Below, piece after piece: positions 1-11,050 of a stretch of DNA of 64,000 bases (the stretch's first letter is position 1; each line of letters opens with the position of its first letter). The notes beneath the pieces were generated by a model. That model searched no databases. It was given only the letters and a program-made list of their open reading frames with translations, and was not told where the DNA came from. The stretch spans positions 202,201 through 266,200 of the forward strand of contig CAWGEL010000028.1 of the NCBI GenBank assembly GCA_963821595.1, given 5' to 3'. The translations under genes were made by a program, and so were the position numbers. Source of the DNA: an uncultured Chloroflexia bacterium. GTDB lineage: Bacteria > Chloroflexota > Limnocylindria > Limnocylindrales > CSP1-4.

Positions 1-781
1 CGAAGCGCGAATAGCGCTCGAGCACGCTCAGCAGCCGCTCCTCGCCCCAGGCCCCCTGGTGCATGTGCGACTGGATGCCGATGGCGTCGATGACGACGCC
101 GGCATCGAGGCACGCTTCGATGAGCCGCTCGTAGTCCTCCGAGAGGTCGAAGTCGTTGATCAGGAGGAACGCGCCGGGGTTCGCCTGCCGCGCGGCTTCG
201 AATGCCCGGCGGACGATCTCGACCCGACCGAGCTCGCGAGCGATCCGGCTGATGCCGTTGTCGGCGCGGTCGAAGACCGGCATGATCACGGCCTCGTTCA
301 CGACGTCCCAGGTGTCGATGAGCCCGGCGAAGTCCGTCACCTCGCGCCGGATGCGGGCGATCTGCACCTCGGCGATCTCGGCATTCGACAGCGCCAGGAG
401 CCACGGCGGCGCGAGGGTGTGCCAGCACAGCGGATGGCCCTTGGCCGGCACGCCACGCTCCCGGAACCAGCGGGCCGCCGCCCGCAGGCGCCGCGTGTCG
501 GGTTCGCCCCGGCGCGGCTCGAAGTTGCCCCAGTAGAACGGCAGCGTGGCGAAGTTGAAGAGCTCGAACCAGCGCTCGTACAGCTGCTCCGCTGCGGCGC
601 GGTCCGCGCCGGCGAGCTCGCCGCTGGCGAGCGGGATGGCCTCGAACCCGGTGCAGCCGAAGAGGAAGGCGTGGCTCCGCTGGGCGACCCGGACTCGCCG
701 GTCGGCCAGGAGGGCGCCGTCGGGACCGCGCAGCGTGACGGTCGCGTGGACCATCCGCCGGTCGGCCGTGCCCGCGATCAC
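1..781 (-). CDS. Glycoside hydrolase family 10 (endo-1,4-beta-xylanase-like); the 3' end runs past the window edge, which is why it is absent from the ORF track
   Basis: Minus-strand translation reads ...EQLYERWFELFNFATLPFYWGNFEP...KGHPLCWHT...GVVIDAIGIQSHMHQGAWGEERLLSVLERYSRF. These are GH10-like motifs. No signal peptide was seen. The start is GTG near 781 or ATG near 754. Confidence 0.55.
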   Translation of the reverse strand, partial: MIAGTADRRMVHATVTLRGPDGALLADRRVRVAQRSHAFLFGCTGFEAIPLASGELAGADRAAAEQLYERWFELFNFATLPFYWGNFEPRRGEPDTRRLRAAARWFRERGVPAKGHPLCWHTLAPPWLLALSNAEIAEVQIARIRREVTDFAGLIDTWDVVNEAVIMPVFDRADNGISRIARELGRVEIVRRAFEAARQANPGAFLLINDFDLSEDYERLIEACLDAGVVIDAIGIQSHMHQGAWGEERLLSVLERYSRF

Positions 782-909
782 CACTCGATCACCTCCGGCC
801 GGACGCACCGGCGCTCATCGTTCCGGTCACGGCGAGATCGCGATGGCCGCCCGGCCGGGGCGCCTGCCCCCGAGCCACGAGGCGCGGGCGATCGGCCGCC
901 CGCGTCGGG

Positions 910-2124
910 CTACTTGACGGGCACGACCGCCGAGGTGGGCGTGGCCGGCCGGGCCAGCTTGTCGACGGCCGTCGCGAGCTCGTGGAACGACCGCCCGAGG
1001 GGCGAGTCGCCCTTGTTGACCATGACCGGGGCGCCCGAATTGAGGGCGCTGATCGCGCCCCGGTACTCGTTGAGGACCTGGTGCTGGATCGGCCGCTTCA
1101 GGGCGCCCTCGGCATTCTTCACGGAGATGCCGGTGAACGCGTTGGCCCGGTTCAGCACCAGCCGGACGCGCTTGTCGTCGAAGCCGATGTGGGCCAGCGT
1201 CTCCAGGACCAGGCGCACGTTCTTGAGACAGGACAGGTCGGCCGTGAGGACGACGAACACGCAGTCGGCCGCGTCGAAGATGGCCAGGTTGAGGTCGTCG
1301 AGCCGCTTGTCGACATCGACGACCACGTAGTCGTACGACAGGCGCAACGTCTCGAGGATCGTGGCCATGTGCTCGCGCGTGACCAGCTCGGCGGTCTCCG
1401 GCGTGGGCGGGGCCAGCAGGAGGTCCACGCCGGAGTCGTGCTTGACGACCACCGTGCGCAGGATCTCCTGGTCGATCGACTGCGCCGTGACCGCGTCCAC
1501 GATGCTCTTGCGGTCCAGGCCGAGGTCCAGGAACACGCGATGGTCGCCGAACTGCAGGTTTCCGTCGATCAGGCAGACCTTGCGGCCCAGGTCGCGATGG
1601 AGCGAGATCGCGGTGTTGATGGCGATCGTGGTGGTGCCGACGCCGCCCTTCGCGCCGTAGAACGCGTAGACGTGGCCGATCGGCGGCCGGCCGACCAGGG
1701 CCTCCTTCGGCGCGAACCGCGCCAGCAGGCTGCGAATACGGGCGAGCAGCTCGGCGGGATGGAACGGTTTGACGAGGTAGTCGTCGGCGCCGGCACGCAG
1801 GCCCCGGATCTTCTGCTCGACCTCGCTCTCGGCCGTCAGCATGATGATCGGGACGTGGCCGCCCATCCCCTCCTCGTCGCGGATCTTGCGGGCGACCGTG
1901 TATCCGTCGAGCTTGGGCAGCATCACGTCGAGCAGGATCAGGCCCGGTGACTCCTGGCCCCAGAGCCGGTAGCCCTCGGCCCCGTCCGCGGCCACGACGA
2001 CCTCATAGCCCTCCTGCTTGAGCGAGAAGCTCAGGAGGCGCTGGACGTTGGGGTCGTCGTCGACGACGAGAAATCTTGGCGGCCATGCCTGGTGCTTCGC
2101 TCCCATGGTGCTAGCGGACGTCAT
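910..2124 (-). CDS. Response-regulator receiver domain fused to a MinD/ParA-type P-loop ATPase (CpaE/Ssd-like), paralog 1
   Basis: Intact 404-aa ORF. The receiver motifs are FLVVDDDPNVQRLL and ILLDVMLPKLDG. The deviant Walker A is VYAFYGAKGGVGTTTIAINTA. Confidence 0.8.
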   Translation of the reverse strand: MTSASTMGAKHQAWPPRFLVVDDDPNVQRLLSFSLKQEGYEVVVAADGAEGYRLWGQESPGLILLDVMLPKLDGYTVARKIRDEEGMGGHVPIIMLTAESEVEQKIRGLRAGADDYLVKPFHPAELLARIRSLLARFAPKEALVGRPPIGHVYAFYGAKGGVGTTTIAINTAISLHRDLGRKVCLIDGNLQFGDHRVFLDLGLDRKSIVDAVTAQSIDQEILRTVVVKHDSGVDLLLAPPTPETAELVTREHMATILETLRLSYDYVVVDVDKRLDDLNLAIFDAADCVFVVLTADLSCLKNVRLVLETLAHIGFDDKRVRLVLNRANAFTGISVKNAEGALKRPIQHQVLNEYRGAISALNSGAPVMVNKGDSPLGRSFHELATAVDKLARPATPTSAVVPVK

Positions 2125-2361
2125 GGGCCGGCCTGCGCGGCTGCCACCGGCGCGTTGGGCCCGATGATAGCCGAGACGCGGGGCGCTCCACGCCCAATGT
2201 CGCCCAGGCCCGGGTCTGCCCGCCCGGACCGGTGGACCGCAGGCGTCCGCGCGACCGCGGGTGTCCGCCGCGAGCGCGCGCTCGCGGCGGCGGCGGGCGC
2301 CGGCAGGCGGCCCGGGCGCCGGCGCCCGCTCCTCACCGGGGCGGCGTCCCCCACGCGAACG

Positions 2362-3315
2362 TCAGCCGGCGCTCGGACCCGGCCCTGCCGCGCCGGTCTC
2401 GGCGCCGGCCGCCATGCCCAGGCCCAGGCCGCGCGCCAGCGGCTCCAGGATCCGGGTGAACTCGGTGGGGATCACGAACTTGGTCGACGGGCTGGACCCC
2501 AGCGCCTTGAGCGCCTCGAGGTACTGGAGCAGCATCGTCTTCTGGTCGATGTTCCGGGCCGCGCCGTAGATCCGCTCCAGGGCCAGGCTGAAGCCCTCCG
2601 CGTTGAGGACCTGGGCCTGCCGGAACCCCTCGGCGTTGAGGATGGCCGACTGGCGGGCGCCCTCGGCGTTGAGGATGGCGGCCTGCTTGTTGCCCTCGGC
2701 GATGTTGATCGCCGACTGGCGCGCGCCCTCCGACTCGGTGATGACGGCACGCCGCGTGCGCTCGGCGGAGAGCTGCCGGTTCATCGCATCCTGGACGTCC
2801 CGCGGCGGCGTGATCTCCCGGATCTCGACCGTGGTCACCTTGCCGCCCCACCGCTCCGTGACCTCGTCGAGCTTGGTCCGGAGGACCTCGTTGATCTGCT
2901 CGCGCTTGGAGAGCACCTCGTCGAGGAGGATGTCGCCGATCACGGCCCGCAGCGTGGTCGTCGCCACGCCCTGGAGGGCGCCCGAGAAGTAGGCGACGTT
3001 GACGACGCTCTTGAGGGGATCGCTGATCCGCCAGTAGATCAGGAAGTCGACGCTGATCGGGGCGTTGTCCTTGGTGATCGTGGTCTGGCTGGGCACCTCG
3101 ATGAACTGCTCGCGGACGTCCACCTTCACGGGCCGGTCCACCACCGGGATCAGGAACCGCAGGCCCGGTCCGCGAACCAGGCCCTCGTTCGTCTGGCCGA
3201 GGCGGAAGACCACCATCTGCTCGTACTGCTGAACGATCCGGACCGACAGGTACAGGAGGATCAGGATCAGGACGAGGATCGCCACCACGACTCCGACGAG
3301 GACTGCGACCTCCAC
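2362..3315 (-). CDS. SPFH / band-7 (stomatin-like) membrane protein
   Basis: N-terminal TM helix VEVAVLVGVVVAILVLILILL, then a band-7 domain. The start is GTG at 3315 with GGAAGGA upstream. The upstream 56 codons of track ORF 2362..3483 are GC-rich read-through. Confidence 0.8.
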   Translation of the reverse strand: MEVAVLVGVVVAILVLILILLYLSVRIVQQYEQMVVFRLGQTNEGLVRGPGLRFLIPVVDRPVKVDVREQFIEVPSQTTITKDNAPISVDFLIYWRISDPLKSVVNVAYFSGALQGVATTTLRAVIGDILLDEVLSKREQINEVLRTKLDEVTERWGGKVTTVEIREITPPRDVQDAMNRQLSAERTRRAVITESEGARQSAINIAEGNKQAAILNAEGARQSAILNAEGFRQAQVLNAEGFSLALERIYGAARNIDQKTMLLQYLEALKALGSSPSTKFVIPTEFTRILEPLARGLGLGMAAGAETGAAGPGPSAG

Positions 3316-3359
3316 GCGCGCGCTCCTTCCACGGTTGAGGCCGGGCGACGCCCGGCCGA

Positions 3360-4744
3360 TCAGGCGGTGACCGCCCCGGGCGATGCCACCGGTTCGACGA
3401 TGAGGACCAGGCCTTCCTGGCCGATGACGCGGATCGGCGTGCCGCGCGGGAGCGGGCTCGGGCCGGCCGACCGGGCACTCCACTCCTCGCCGGCGGCTGT
3501 CACGGACCCCAGCGGGTCGAGCGGATGGGCGACGATCCCCTCGGTACCGACGACCTTGAGCGACCCGACCAGCACCGGGCTGCGACGCAGGTTGCGGGTC
3601 CGGACGGCGACCAGCGTGATCAGGATGCCGAACCCGAGCGTCAAGGCAGCCGTGACCACGATGATCGGCAGGGCCACCTCCGTCGGCGGGCCCAGGGGGC
3701 CGGCCGGCTGGGTGTACAGCGTCGCCGCACCGAGCGTGATGCAGATCGCTCCCCCGATCGTCAGCGCTCCGTGGCTGGGGATGGCGATCTCCATGAGGAG
3801 GAGCGCCACGCCGAGCACGACGAGGGCCAGGCCGGTGATGTTGAGCGGCAGGCTCCCGAACGCGAATGCCGCGAGGATCAGGGCGACGCCGCCGGCGATC
3901 CCCGAGAGGAAGTTGGGGTGGACGAACTCGAAGCCGAGCCCGGCAAGCCCGACCAGCAGGAGGATGAAGGCGAGGTTGGGGTCGTCCAGCAGGTGGAGCA
4001 GGGCCTGGAACGGGTTCATCGGTGCCGAATCGGTCGCCAGGCCGGCGAGCGCCAGCGTGACCTGGCGCCCCCCGCTGACGGTGACGGTGTGGCCACTGGC
4101 CGCCCGCAGGACGTCATCGAGCGTCGCGGCGATCCCGTCGACCGCGCCGAGCGACACGGCTTCGGTGGCCGGCGAACTGATCGCGTCGCGCACCGTCGAG
4201 GCCGCCCAGGCCACGGCCGCCGCGCTGCGTCCGCGGGCCTGCGCGATCGACATGATGCTGGCGATGGAGTCGTTCTTGATCTTGAGGCCAAGCGTGCCCG
4301 GGATGTCCGCGCCGGACGAGTCGATCGGGCTGGCCGCCCCGATCCTCGTGCCCGGGGCCATGTACGAGAGGTTGGCGGCGAGCGTGACGAACGTGCCCGC
4401 ACTGGCCGCCCAGCCGCCCGCCGGGGTAACCCACACGATCACGGGAACGGACGATTCGAGGAACGCACCGGTGATCGTCTGCATGGCGACGAGGTCGCCA
4501 CCCGGGGTGTTGAGCTTCACGACCACGGCCGCGTCGCCGTCGCGGGCGGCCTGGGCCACGCCCTGGCTGAGGTACTCGGCGAGCACGCCGTCGATGGGAC
4601 CGTTCGCGTCCAGCACGAGGACCGTTCCCGGGCCAGCCGCCTTGACCGGGGCGGCCGTGGCCGCGATGAGCGCGGCCATCGCCACGGTCCCGGCCGCGGG
4701 CACGATCGCCCGGGCGAGACGGCCGATCGAACCGAACACGCGCA
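3360..4744 (-). CDS. NfeD-family membrane-bound ClpP-class serine protease
   Basis: Signal peptide MRVFGSIGRLARAIVPAAGTVAMAALIAATA. Protease region ...NTPGGDLVAMQ...TFVTLAANLSYMAPGT, then multiple TM helices and a C-terminal OB-like tail. GAGGGG lies 8 nt upstream of the ATG. Confidence 0.75.
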
Positions 4745-4880
4745 TCGGCTTCACCCCTCGCCGCAAGTATGGCACCCGCCGGCAGCGGGCGCAGCAGCGA
4801 TCGCATGACGGGCCGCGCCGGAGCGCGCTCACCCGGGAAGTCGCGCCCGGCCGCGCGGGAGCCCTTTGGGCGGCGCGGCG

Positions 4881-5465
4881 TCAGGCCGGACGGCCGGCCA
4901 GGAATTCGAACGCGAGCTGGCTCCAGGTCTCCATGGTGTCGTACGCGGCGGCGACCGAGGCGGTTTCCACGAACCGCCCCTCCAGCTTGTCCGTCTCGCG
5001 CACGGTGACCGGACGACCGGCCGCATCGGCCTCGTACACCGCACCAACGTGGACGCGGCCAACCTCGGTGCTGTCGTCGTTGAGGATGCCGACGAAGCGG
5101 AAGCGCGGCACGAAGTCCGCGGCCAGCTCCTCGGCCCACTCCCGGGCCAGGCCACCGGCAAGGTCGACGTCGCCCGGGTTCAGATGGCCGCCCACGCCGA
5201 TCGAATGGAGGTCATGGAGCCGTGCGTCGCCGCCGGCTCGCGTCCGGCGCATGAGGAACCAGCGCGGCCCGTCGCGCAGGACCAGGTACGGGATCACCTG
5301 CTTCAGGCTGGCGTCGTGCTCCGCGCTCGATCGCCGCTCGAAGCGGCCGAATCGCGCCACGGCGTCGAGGAGCGGGCCCGGCGCCGTCGCCCTGACGCCG
5401 CGCCAGCCGGTGCCGTCGACGATCGACGCCCGGGGCACCACCAGCACCAGCTCGTCGGCACTCAC
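4881..5465 (-). CDS. NUDIX-like hydrolase
   Basis: Nudix-box-like GGHLNPGDVDLAGGLAREWAEELAA. GTG start (VSADELVLVV) just downstream of the tyrA stop. Confidence 0.5.
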   Translation of the reverse strand: MSADELVLVVPRASIVDGTGWRGVRATAPGPLLDAVARFGRFERRSSAEHDASLKQVIPYLVLRDGPRWFLMRRTRAGGDARLHDLHSIGVGGHLNPGDVDLAGGLAREWAEELAADFVPRFRFVGILNDDSTEVGRVHVGAVYEADAAGRPVTVRETDKLEGRFVETASVAAAYDTMETWSQLAFEFLAGRPA

Positions 5466-5475
5466 CGGCGCACCC

Positions 5476-6369
5476 TCAATCCCGGGCCTCCAGCCTCGCC
5501 CTGGCTCGCTCGAAGCGATCGCGCAGCACCGCCTCGTCGGGCAGTCCGCCCCGGCTCTCCGCGGCGGGCGCGTCGAGGAGCGCCAGCCACTCGTCAAGGC
5601 GCCCGCGCACCGCCCGCAGGCGGGCCGCCAGCGGGCCGGCATTGGTTGCCGCGATCCCCGCCGCCATCGCGGGATCACCCCGGGCCAGCCGCGTCGCCCC
5701 GGCCCAGCCGGTCGCCGCCAGCGATGCGGCGGCGTCCCAGCCCGGCGCCGGTGGTGCGCCGGGGCCTCCGGCGACCGCCTCGACCAGCGCCGCGGCCAGC
5801 ACGAGCGGCAGGTGGCTCACGCCTGCCACCGCGGCGTCGTGCGCGGCCGCGTCCATGCGGACCGGGCGCGCACCGCACGCCCGGGCCAGCGCCTCCACGC
5901 GAGCGATGGCGTCGGGATCGCGATCGGCGCCGCCCGGAACCGGCACGACGACCCACGGCCGGTCGCGCAGCAGGTCGGCGTCGGCGGCATCGAACCCGCT
6001 CACCTCGCGGCCGGCCATGGGGTGCCCGCCCACGAAACGCAGACCGAGCTCGGCGGCCCGCGCCACGATCACCGCCTTGGTGCTGGCGACGTCCGTGACG
6101 ACGGCGCCGCCGAGAGCGTCTCCGGCCGGGCCCGCCAGGGCGTCGAGGAGCGTGAGGCAGGCCGTGGGCGGCGCGGCCAGGACCACCAGGTCGGCCCCGC
6201 CCACGGCGGTGGCCAGGTCGCGCGGGGCGAGGTCGGCGACGCCCGCCGCCAGGGCGGCCGCCGGCCCGCGCCCGCTCGGCGTCCAGGCGGACACGGTCCA
6301 GCCGCCCGCGTGGATCGCACGGGCGATCGAGCCGCCGATCAGGCCGAGGCCGAGGAAGGTGACCTTCAT
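5476..6369 (-). CDS. tyrA: Prephenate / arogenate dehydrogenase
   Basis: N-terminal Rossmann motif MKVTFLGLGLIGGSIA. TyrA-like length and profile. Confidence 0.8.
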   Translation of the reverse strand: MKVTFLGLGLIGGSIARAIHAGGWTVSAWTPSGRGPAAALAAGVADLAPRDLATAVGGADLVVLAAPPTACLTLLDALAGPAGDALGGAVVTDVASTKAVIVARAAELGLRFVGGHPMAGREVSGFDAADADLLRDRPWVVVPVPGGADRDPDAIARVEALARACGARPVRMDAAAHDAAVAGVSHLPLVLAAALVEAVAGGPGAPPAPGWDAAASLAATGWAGATRLARGDPAMAAGIAATNAGPLAARLRAVRGRLDEWLALLDAPAAESRGGLPDEAVLRDRFERARARLEARD

Positions 6370-6672
6370 GGTTGAGCCGTGTCCCGAGTCTACCGTTCCG
6401 GGGCGGGCCTGGGGCGGGAATATGCCCGGGCGAGCCGCCGCGGCCCGCCGGACCGGGCGGCAGCGCCGGTCCGGCGGGGGCCGGCGGGAGACGGCGCGGG
6501 ACCCTCGCGTGCGCGGGCGGGGAGGCGCCCCGCGAGCCCCGCAGAACGGCCGTTCGCGCGTCAGGTGTCGGACTTCGCCGCCTCCCAGCGGGCGGGCCGG
6601 GAAACGGGCCGCTGTATCATGGCCGGAGGGACGAGGGCGGTTGTCCTCGCATGAACACGGGGAACGTCAGGA

Positions 6673-7377
6673 GTGAGGCCAGCACCCGGCGGACGCTCGG
6701 ATGGCGAGCCGATCCGCGTACTCGTCGTCGAGGACGAGGCCCTGCTTGCGACCTTCCTTCGGCGCGCGCTGGCAGGTGATCCGCGACTCGACGTCGTCGG
6801 CGTCGCGTCCAGCGTCGCCGAGGTCCGGACGATGCTCCGCGATCGCGTGGACGTCGTCCTCATGGACTACCTCCTGCCCGACGGAACGGGCGCCGAGGCC
6901 ACGCGGGCAGTCAAGGCGCGCTGGCCGGCCGCCCGCGTGGTGATGCTCAGCGGCGTGGCCGACGACCCCACGATCCTCGACGCGATCCAGGCCGGCGCGG
7001 ACGGCTACCTTGCCAAGCCCACCACCTCCCCCGAGGACGTGGTCCTTGCCGTGAAGGCCGCCCACGCCGGCGAGATCCTGCTCCCACGCTCGGTGATCGT
7101 CGGCATCGCCCAGCGCGTCGCGGCCCATCGCGAGGGCACCGTCGAGCGGCGAACGGTCGAGCCGCTGACGCCGAGGGAGCTGGAGGTCCTGCGCGCGCTC
7201 GCCGAGGGCCTGCCCGGGCGCGAGATCTGCGAGCAGCTCGCCATCGCCCCGAACACGCTCCGCACCCACGTCCAGAACATCATCGGCAAGCTCCACGTCC
7301 ATTCGAAGCTCGAGGCGGTCTCGTTCGCCATCCGCCATCGCATCGTGGAGCCGCCCCGCGGCGACGGCGGCGACTGA
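6673..7377 (+). CDS. LuxR/NarL-family two-component response regulator; no sensor kinase gene in the window
   Basis: Receiver motifs IRVLVVEDEALL, VVLMDYLLPDGTG and AGADGYLAKP. C-terminal LuxR HTH region LTPRELEVLRALAEGLPGREICEQLAIAPNTLRTHVQNIIGKL. The GTG start abuts AGGAG, so the start site is uncertain. Confidence 0.8.
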   Translation: MRPAPGGRSDGEPIRVLVVEDEALLATFLRRALAGDPRLDVVGVASSVAEVRTMLRDRVDVVLMDYLLPDGTGAEATRAVKARWPAARVVMLSGVADDPTILDAIQAGADGYLAKPTTSPEDVVLAVKAAHAGEILLPRSVIVGIAQRVAAHREGTVERRTVEPLTPRELEVLRALAEGLPGREICEQLAIAPNTLRTHVQNIIGKLHVHSKLEAVSFAIRHRIVEPPRGDGGD

Positions 7378-7433
7378 CGCGAGTCCTGCCACGCCGGCCT
7401 GCCGCCCGCGACTGAGGCCGTCGAACGTGCCGG

Positions 7434-7679
7434 TCAGGAGTCCCGGCGACGCTGGAACTTCCGGCGCTCCTCCAGGCGCCGCTCTCCGTGCGGCGCCGGC
7501 GGCCCTGGATCGCCCGGCGGATTCAGGCGGCGCGGCCGCTCGCGGCGCTCGCCTTCGCGGCGATCGGCGTTCATGAGCGCGCCGCAGTCCGGACAGCGGC
7601 GCTCCTCCGTGAAGAGGGACTCGAGCGGCGACGTCGCGTAGATCCGGCGGCCGCACGACCAGCAGGCGAGGCGGGGCAT
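7434..7679 (-). CDS. Small zinc-ribbon protein with an Arg/Glu-rich tail (hypothetical)
   Basis: CWSCG...CPDCG CxxC...CxxC pair. 81 aa. Confidence 0.35.
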   Translation of the reverse strand: MPRLACWSCGRRIYATSPLESLFTEERRCPDCGALMNADRREGERRERPRRLNPPGDPGPPAPHGERRLEERRKFQRRRDS

Positions 7680-7867
7680 GCCCGAATCGTACCCGCTGGC
7701 CCCCTGCGACGGGCATGGAGGGCTGCCGGGTGCTCATGCGCCGGCCCCCCGACACCGATACCTCGGCCGGACGCCGCCGCGGCGCCCGCGGTCACTCGGG
7801 CAGGTGGCCGTTCATGCGGGTCGCCCGGGATCCCCCTCCGGGCGGCCCGCGTCACGTCCCGCGCGGC

Positions 7868-9233
7868 TCAGCCCACCACGGGCAGCCGCTGCAGCGCCTC
7901 GGCGACCTTATCGGCCGGGTACTCGTAGTCCTCGAGCGCGCCGGACAGGTAGCGCTCGTAGGCGGTCAGGTCGAAGTTGCCGTGCCCGCTGAGGTTGAAC
8001 AGGATCACCCGGGACACGCCTTCGGCCTTGGCCTTCAGGGCCTCGTCGATCGCCGCCCGGATCGCGTGGTTCGACTCGGGCGCGGGCAGGATGGCCTCCG
8101 TCCGGGCGAACTGGATGCCGGCCGCGAACGTCGCGTTCTGGTGCACCGCGCGGGCCTCGATCACGCCCTGGTTCTTGAGCAGGCTCACGAGCGGCGCCAT
8201 CCCGTGGTAGCGCAGGCCGCCGGCGTGGATCGGCTCGGGGATGAAGTCGTGGCCCAGGGTGTACATCTTCACGAGCGGGGTCAGGCGGGCCGTGTCCCCG
8301 AAGTCGTAGGTGTAGACGCCGCGGGTGAGCGACGGCGAGGCCTCCGGCTCGACGGCGATCACCCGGTACGTCGCCTCGCCACGCAGCATCTGGCCGATGA
8401 ACGGGAACGTCAGGCCGGCAAAGTTGGAGCCGCCGCCGGTGCACGCGATGAGGATGTCCGGCTTCTCCCCGGCCATCTCCATCTGGAGGATCGCCTCCTG
8501 GCCGATCACGGTCTGGTGCAGGAGGACGTGATTGAGCACCGAGCCGAGCGAGTACTTCGTGTCGTTCCGCGTTGCCGCGTCCTCGACCGCCTCGCTGATG
8601 GCGATGCCGAGCGAGCCGGGGCTGTCCGGATGCTCCTCGAGGACCATCCTGCCGTAGCCCGTGGTCGCAGCTGGGGCTGGCGACGACGGACGCGCCGTAG
8701 GCCTCCATGAGCATCCGGCGGTACGGCTTCTGGTCGTAGCTCGCCCGGACCATGTAGACCTTGACCTCGAGGTCGAACAGCGCCCCGGCGATCGCGAGCG
8801 CGGTCCCCCACTGGCCCGCGCCGGTCTCCGTCGCGAGGCGCTTGACGCCTTCCTGCTTGTTGTAGAAGGCCTGGGCGATGGCGGTATTCGGCTTGTGCGA
8901 CCCGCCGGGGCTGACGCCCTCGTACTTGTAGTAGATGTGGGCGGGCGTATCGAGCGCCTTCTCGAGGCGGCGCGCACGGTAGATGGGCGACGGCCGGTAG
9001 AGGCGATACGCCTCCCGCACCGGCTCCGGGATCTCGATCTCCCGGTCCGCGCTCACCTCCTGGGCGATCAGGGCCATCGGGAACAGCGGCGCGAGGTCGG
9101 CGGGCCCGATCGGCTGGCCGGTTCCCGGGTGGAGGACGGCCGGCGGGGGTCCCGGGAGGTCCGCCACGACGTTGTACCAGGACCGCGGGATCTGCTCCTC
9201 GTCGAGCACGTACTTCGTCCGGTCGGTGGCCAC
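7868..9233 (-). CDS. trpB: Tryptophan synthase beta-like protein, TrpB2 type; apparent frameshift near 8665-8680
   Basis: N-terminal half ...[49 protein letters not shown]...[12 protein letters not shown] lies in one frame. The C-terminal half [29 protein letters not shown]...[11 protein letters not shown]...[11 protein letters not shown] lies in the next frame. The break sits at a CCCC run. AGGAGG lies 6 nt upstream of GTG 9233. No trpA gene is adjacent. Confidence 0.75.
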
Positions 9234-9301
9234 GATCGCCCTCCTGGGGTGCTGCGCTGGAATGCGACTGCGGGCGGCGCGGTGGCCGCGGCGTGGCGAG
9301 G

Positions 9302-9923
9302 CTACCGCACCGGAACGGGGGACGGCAAGGACGGCATGGACGGTTCGATCGGCCGCTCCCCGAGCGGGACGGTGTGGAGCGGCACGTAGCGGGCCGGACC
9401 GCCACCGCTGATGCTCTCGAACAGCACGACCCGGTCCGCCGCCCAGGCGGCTGCGAGGTCGCGTCCGAGCTCCGCGGCCGCCTCCACGATCCGCTCCGCA
9501 TCGGCGACACCGTCGCTTCGGGCGAGCGTGAGGTGGGCGCGGAACGGGCGGTCGTCCCGGGGCCAGCCGCGGTCCGCCAGGGCATCCTCGAGCGCCGCTG
9601 CCAGCGCCGACGAGCTCCGGCTCGCCTTCGGCCACGCCCACCCAGAGGACGCGCGGCCTGCCTCGAGGCGGGAAGGCGCCCGTCCCACCGAGCCGGACGT
9701 CGAACCGCTGGATCCGGGCCGCGGCTTCGGTCACGGCCTCGCGCACGCCCGGCAGGACCTCGTCGAGCGTCGGGCCCAGGAAGCGGAGCGTGAGATGCAG
9801 CGACTCGGGACGGACCCAGCGGAGCCGCGGTGGCCTGGCGGCCAGCTCCTCCATGAGCGAGGCCACCGCCTGGCGGGCCGGCTCGGCCAGCGGAACGGCG
9901 ACGAAGAGGCGACGGCCGGGCAT
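9302..9923 (-). CDS. thpR: RNA 2',3'-cyclic phosphodiesterase (2H phosphoesterase, ThpR/LigT); apparent frameshift near 9605-9620
   Basis: First H-x-T-x motif HLTLRFLG in the frame that begins [12 protein letters not shown]. Second motif AHLTLARS in the adjacent frame. Confidence 0.65.
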
Positions 9924-10114
9924 GGCGGCCACCTCGCGCCAGTCGCGCGGACGCCGCTCAATCACGGGCGCGTCGCGTGGTCACGGGCGCGTCCCGTGGT
10001 CACGGGCACGTCGCGTGGTTCGCCCGCCGATGGGCGCAGTCGTGGGGCCCGCCCCATCAGCGCGGGACGACGGAGGACAGGCGGCCGGCGGTCGGTCGGC
10101 GCGGCGGCCCGCCT

Positions 10115-10642
10115 TCAGCCACCCTCGTGCTCGCGCTGCCAGGCGGCCCGATCGAGCGAGAGCACCTCGTGCGCGCGGGCCCGATCCCGCCAGCCCACGA
10201 CGTCCGTCTCCTTCTTCTCCAGCAGCTTGTACGTCTGGAAGAAGTGCTCGATCTCGACGCGCCGGTGCGGCCGGACCTGGTCCAGCTCGGTGATGTGCGC
10301 CTGGTGGGGGTCGCCGAGGGCGACGCAGAGGACCTTGAAGTCGAAGCCGTTCTCGTCGCGCATCTCCAGGCCGCCGATCGGGCGGGCCCAGACGTGGCAG
10401 CCGGTGAAGGTTGGCTCGTCGATCACGAGCAGGGCGTCCGTGTGGTCGCCGTCGTCCGCCCGCGTGCCCTCGATGAAGCCGTAGTCGAAGTTGTAGTAGA
10501 CGGCCGACGACAGCACCCGATCCAGGCGGAACACGCCCGCCTTCTCGTCGTACTCGTACTTGTTCCGACTGCCCCGCGGGATCTCCACGACGATCTCGAC
10601 GACGTCGGGGAAGCGGCCGGCGAAGTCCTGGGCGGCACTCAT
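10115..10642 (-). CDS. ppa: Inorganic pyrophosphatase
   Basis: Intact 175 aa with EIPRGSRNKYEYD...YGFIEGTRADDGD. Confidence 0.9.
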   Translation of the reverse strand: MSAAQDFAGRFPDVVEIVVEIPRGSRNKYEYDEKAGVFRLDRVLSSAVYYNFDYGFIEGTRADDGDHTDALLVIDEPTFTGCHVWARPIGGLEMRDENGFDFKVLCVALGDPHQAHITELDQVRPHRRVEIEHFFQTYKLLEKKETDVVGWRDRARAHEVLSLDRAAWQREHEGG

Positions 10643-11050
10643 GCGCGCACGATACGGCAGGTGCGCCGGGGCTGCGCACGGGCTGCGTCGGCGGGCCGGC
10701 GGGCCGGCGCGCGGGGCAGGCGGCGGCGCGCGGGTAACGCGTCCGATGGTGGTTTCCGCTCGGACTGATGGCGGAGCCGAACGGCGACAGTGACGCGACG
10801 AGGGACCACGGGATGACCGGCCGGGCGATGCCGCCGCGGCGCGTGACGCAACGCCCCACGGTTGAGCGTGGCCCAGGCTCGCTGACCCGAGCGCATGGTC
10901 GAACGCCGGAGCACATTGTGCTCATCCGTGACGGATCGAGTCAGATCGCCGGATCCGCGCCCGCGGCGTCCGCGCCCGCCGGGTCCGCGCCCGCCGGGTC
11001 CGCGCCCGCAGCCGACAGCGCCGCCGGGGCGCCAGGATCAGCGAGGCGCC

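Noticed and set aside
59-1330. 423-aa plus-strand ORF
   Set aside because: It is antisense to the GH10 hydrolase and CpaE-like genes. It is a low-complexity Arg/Ala/Gly/Pro translation typical of high-GC shadow frames.
2092-6375. 1427-aa plus-strand ORF, the longest in the track
   Set aside because: It runs antisense through SPFH, NfeD, Nudix and tyrA. It has no domain-like segments and an Arg/Pro/Gly-rich composition. It is a GC-driven open frame, not a gene.
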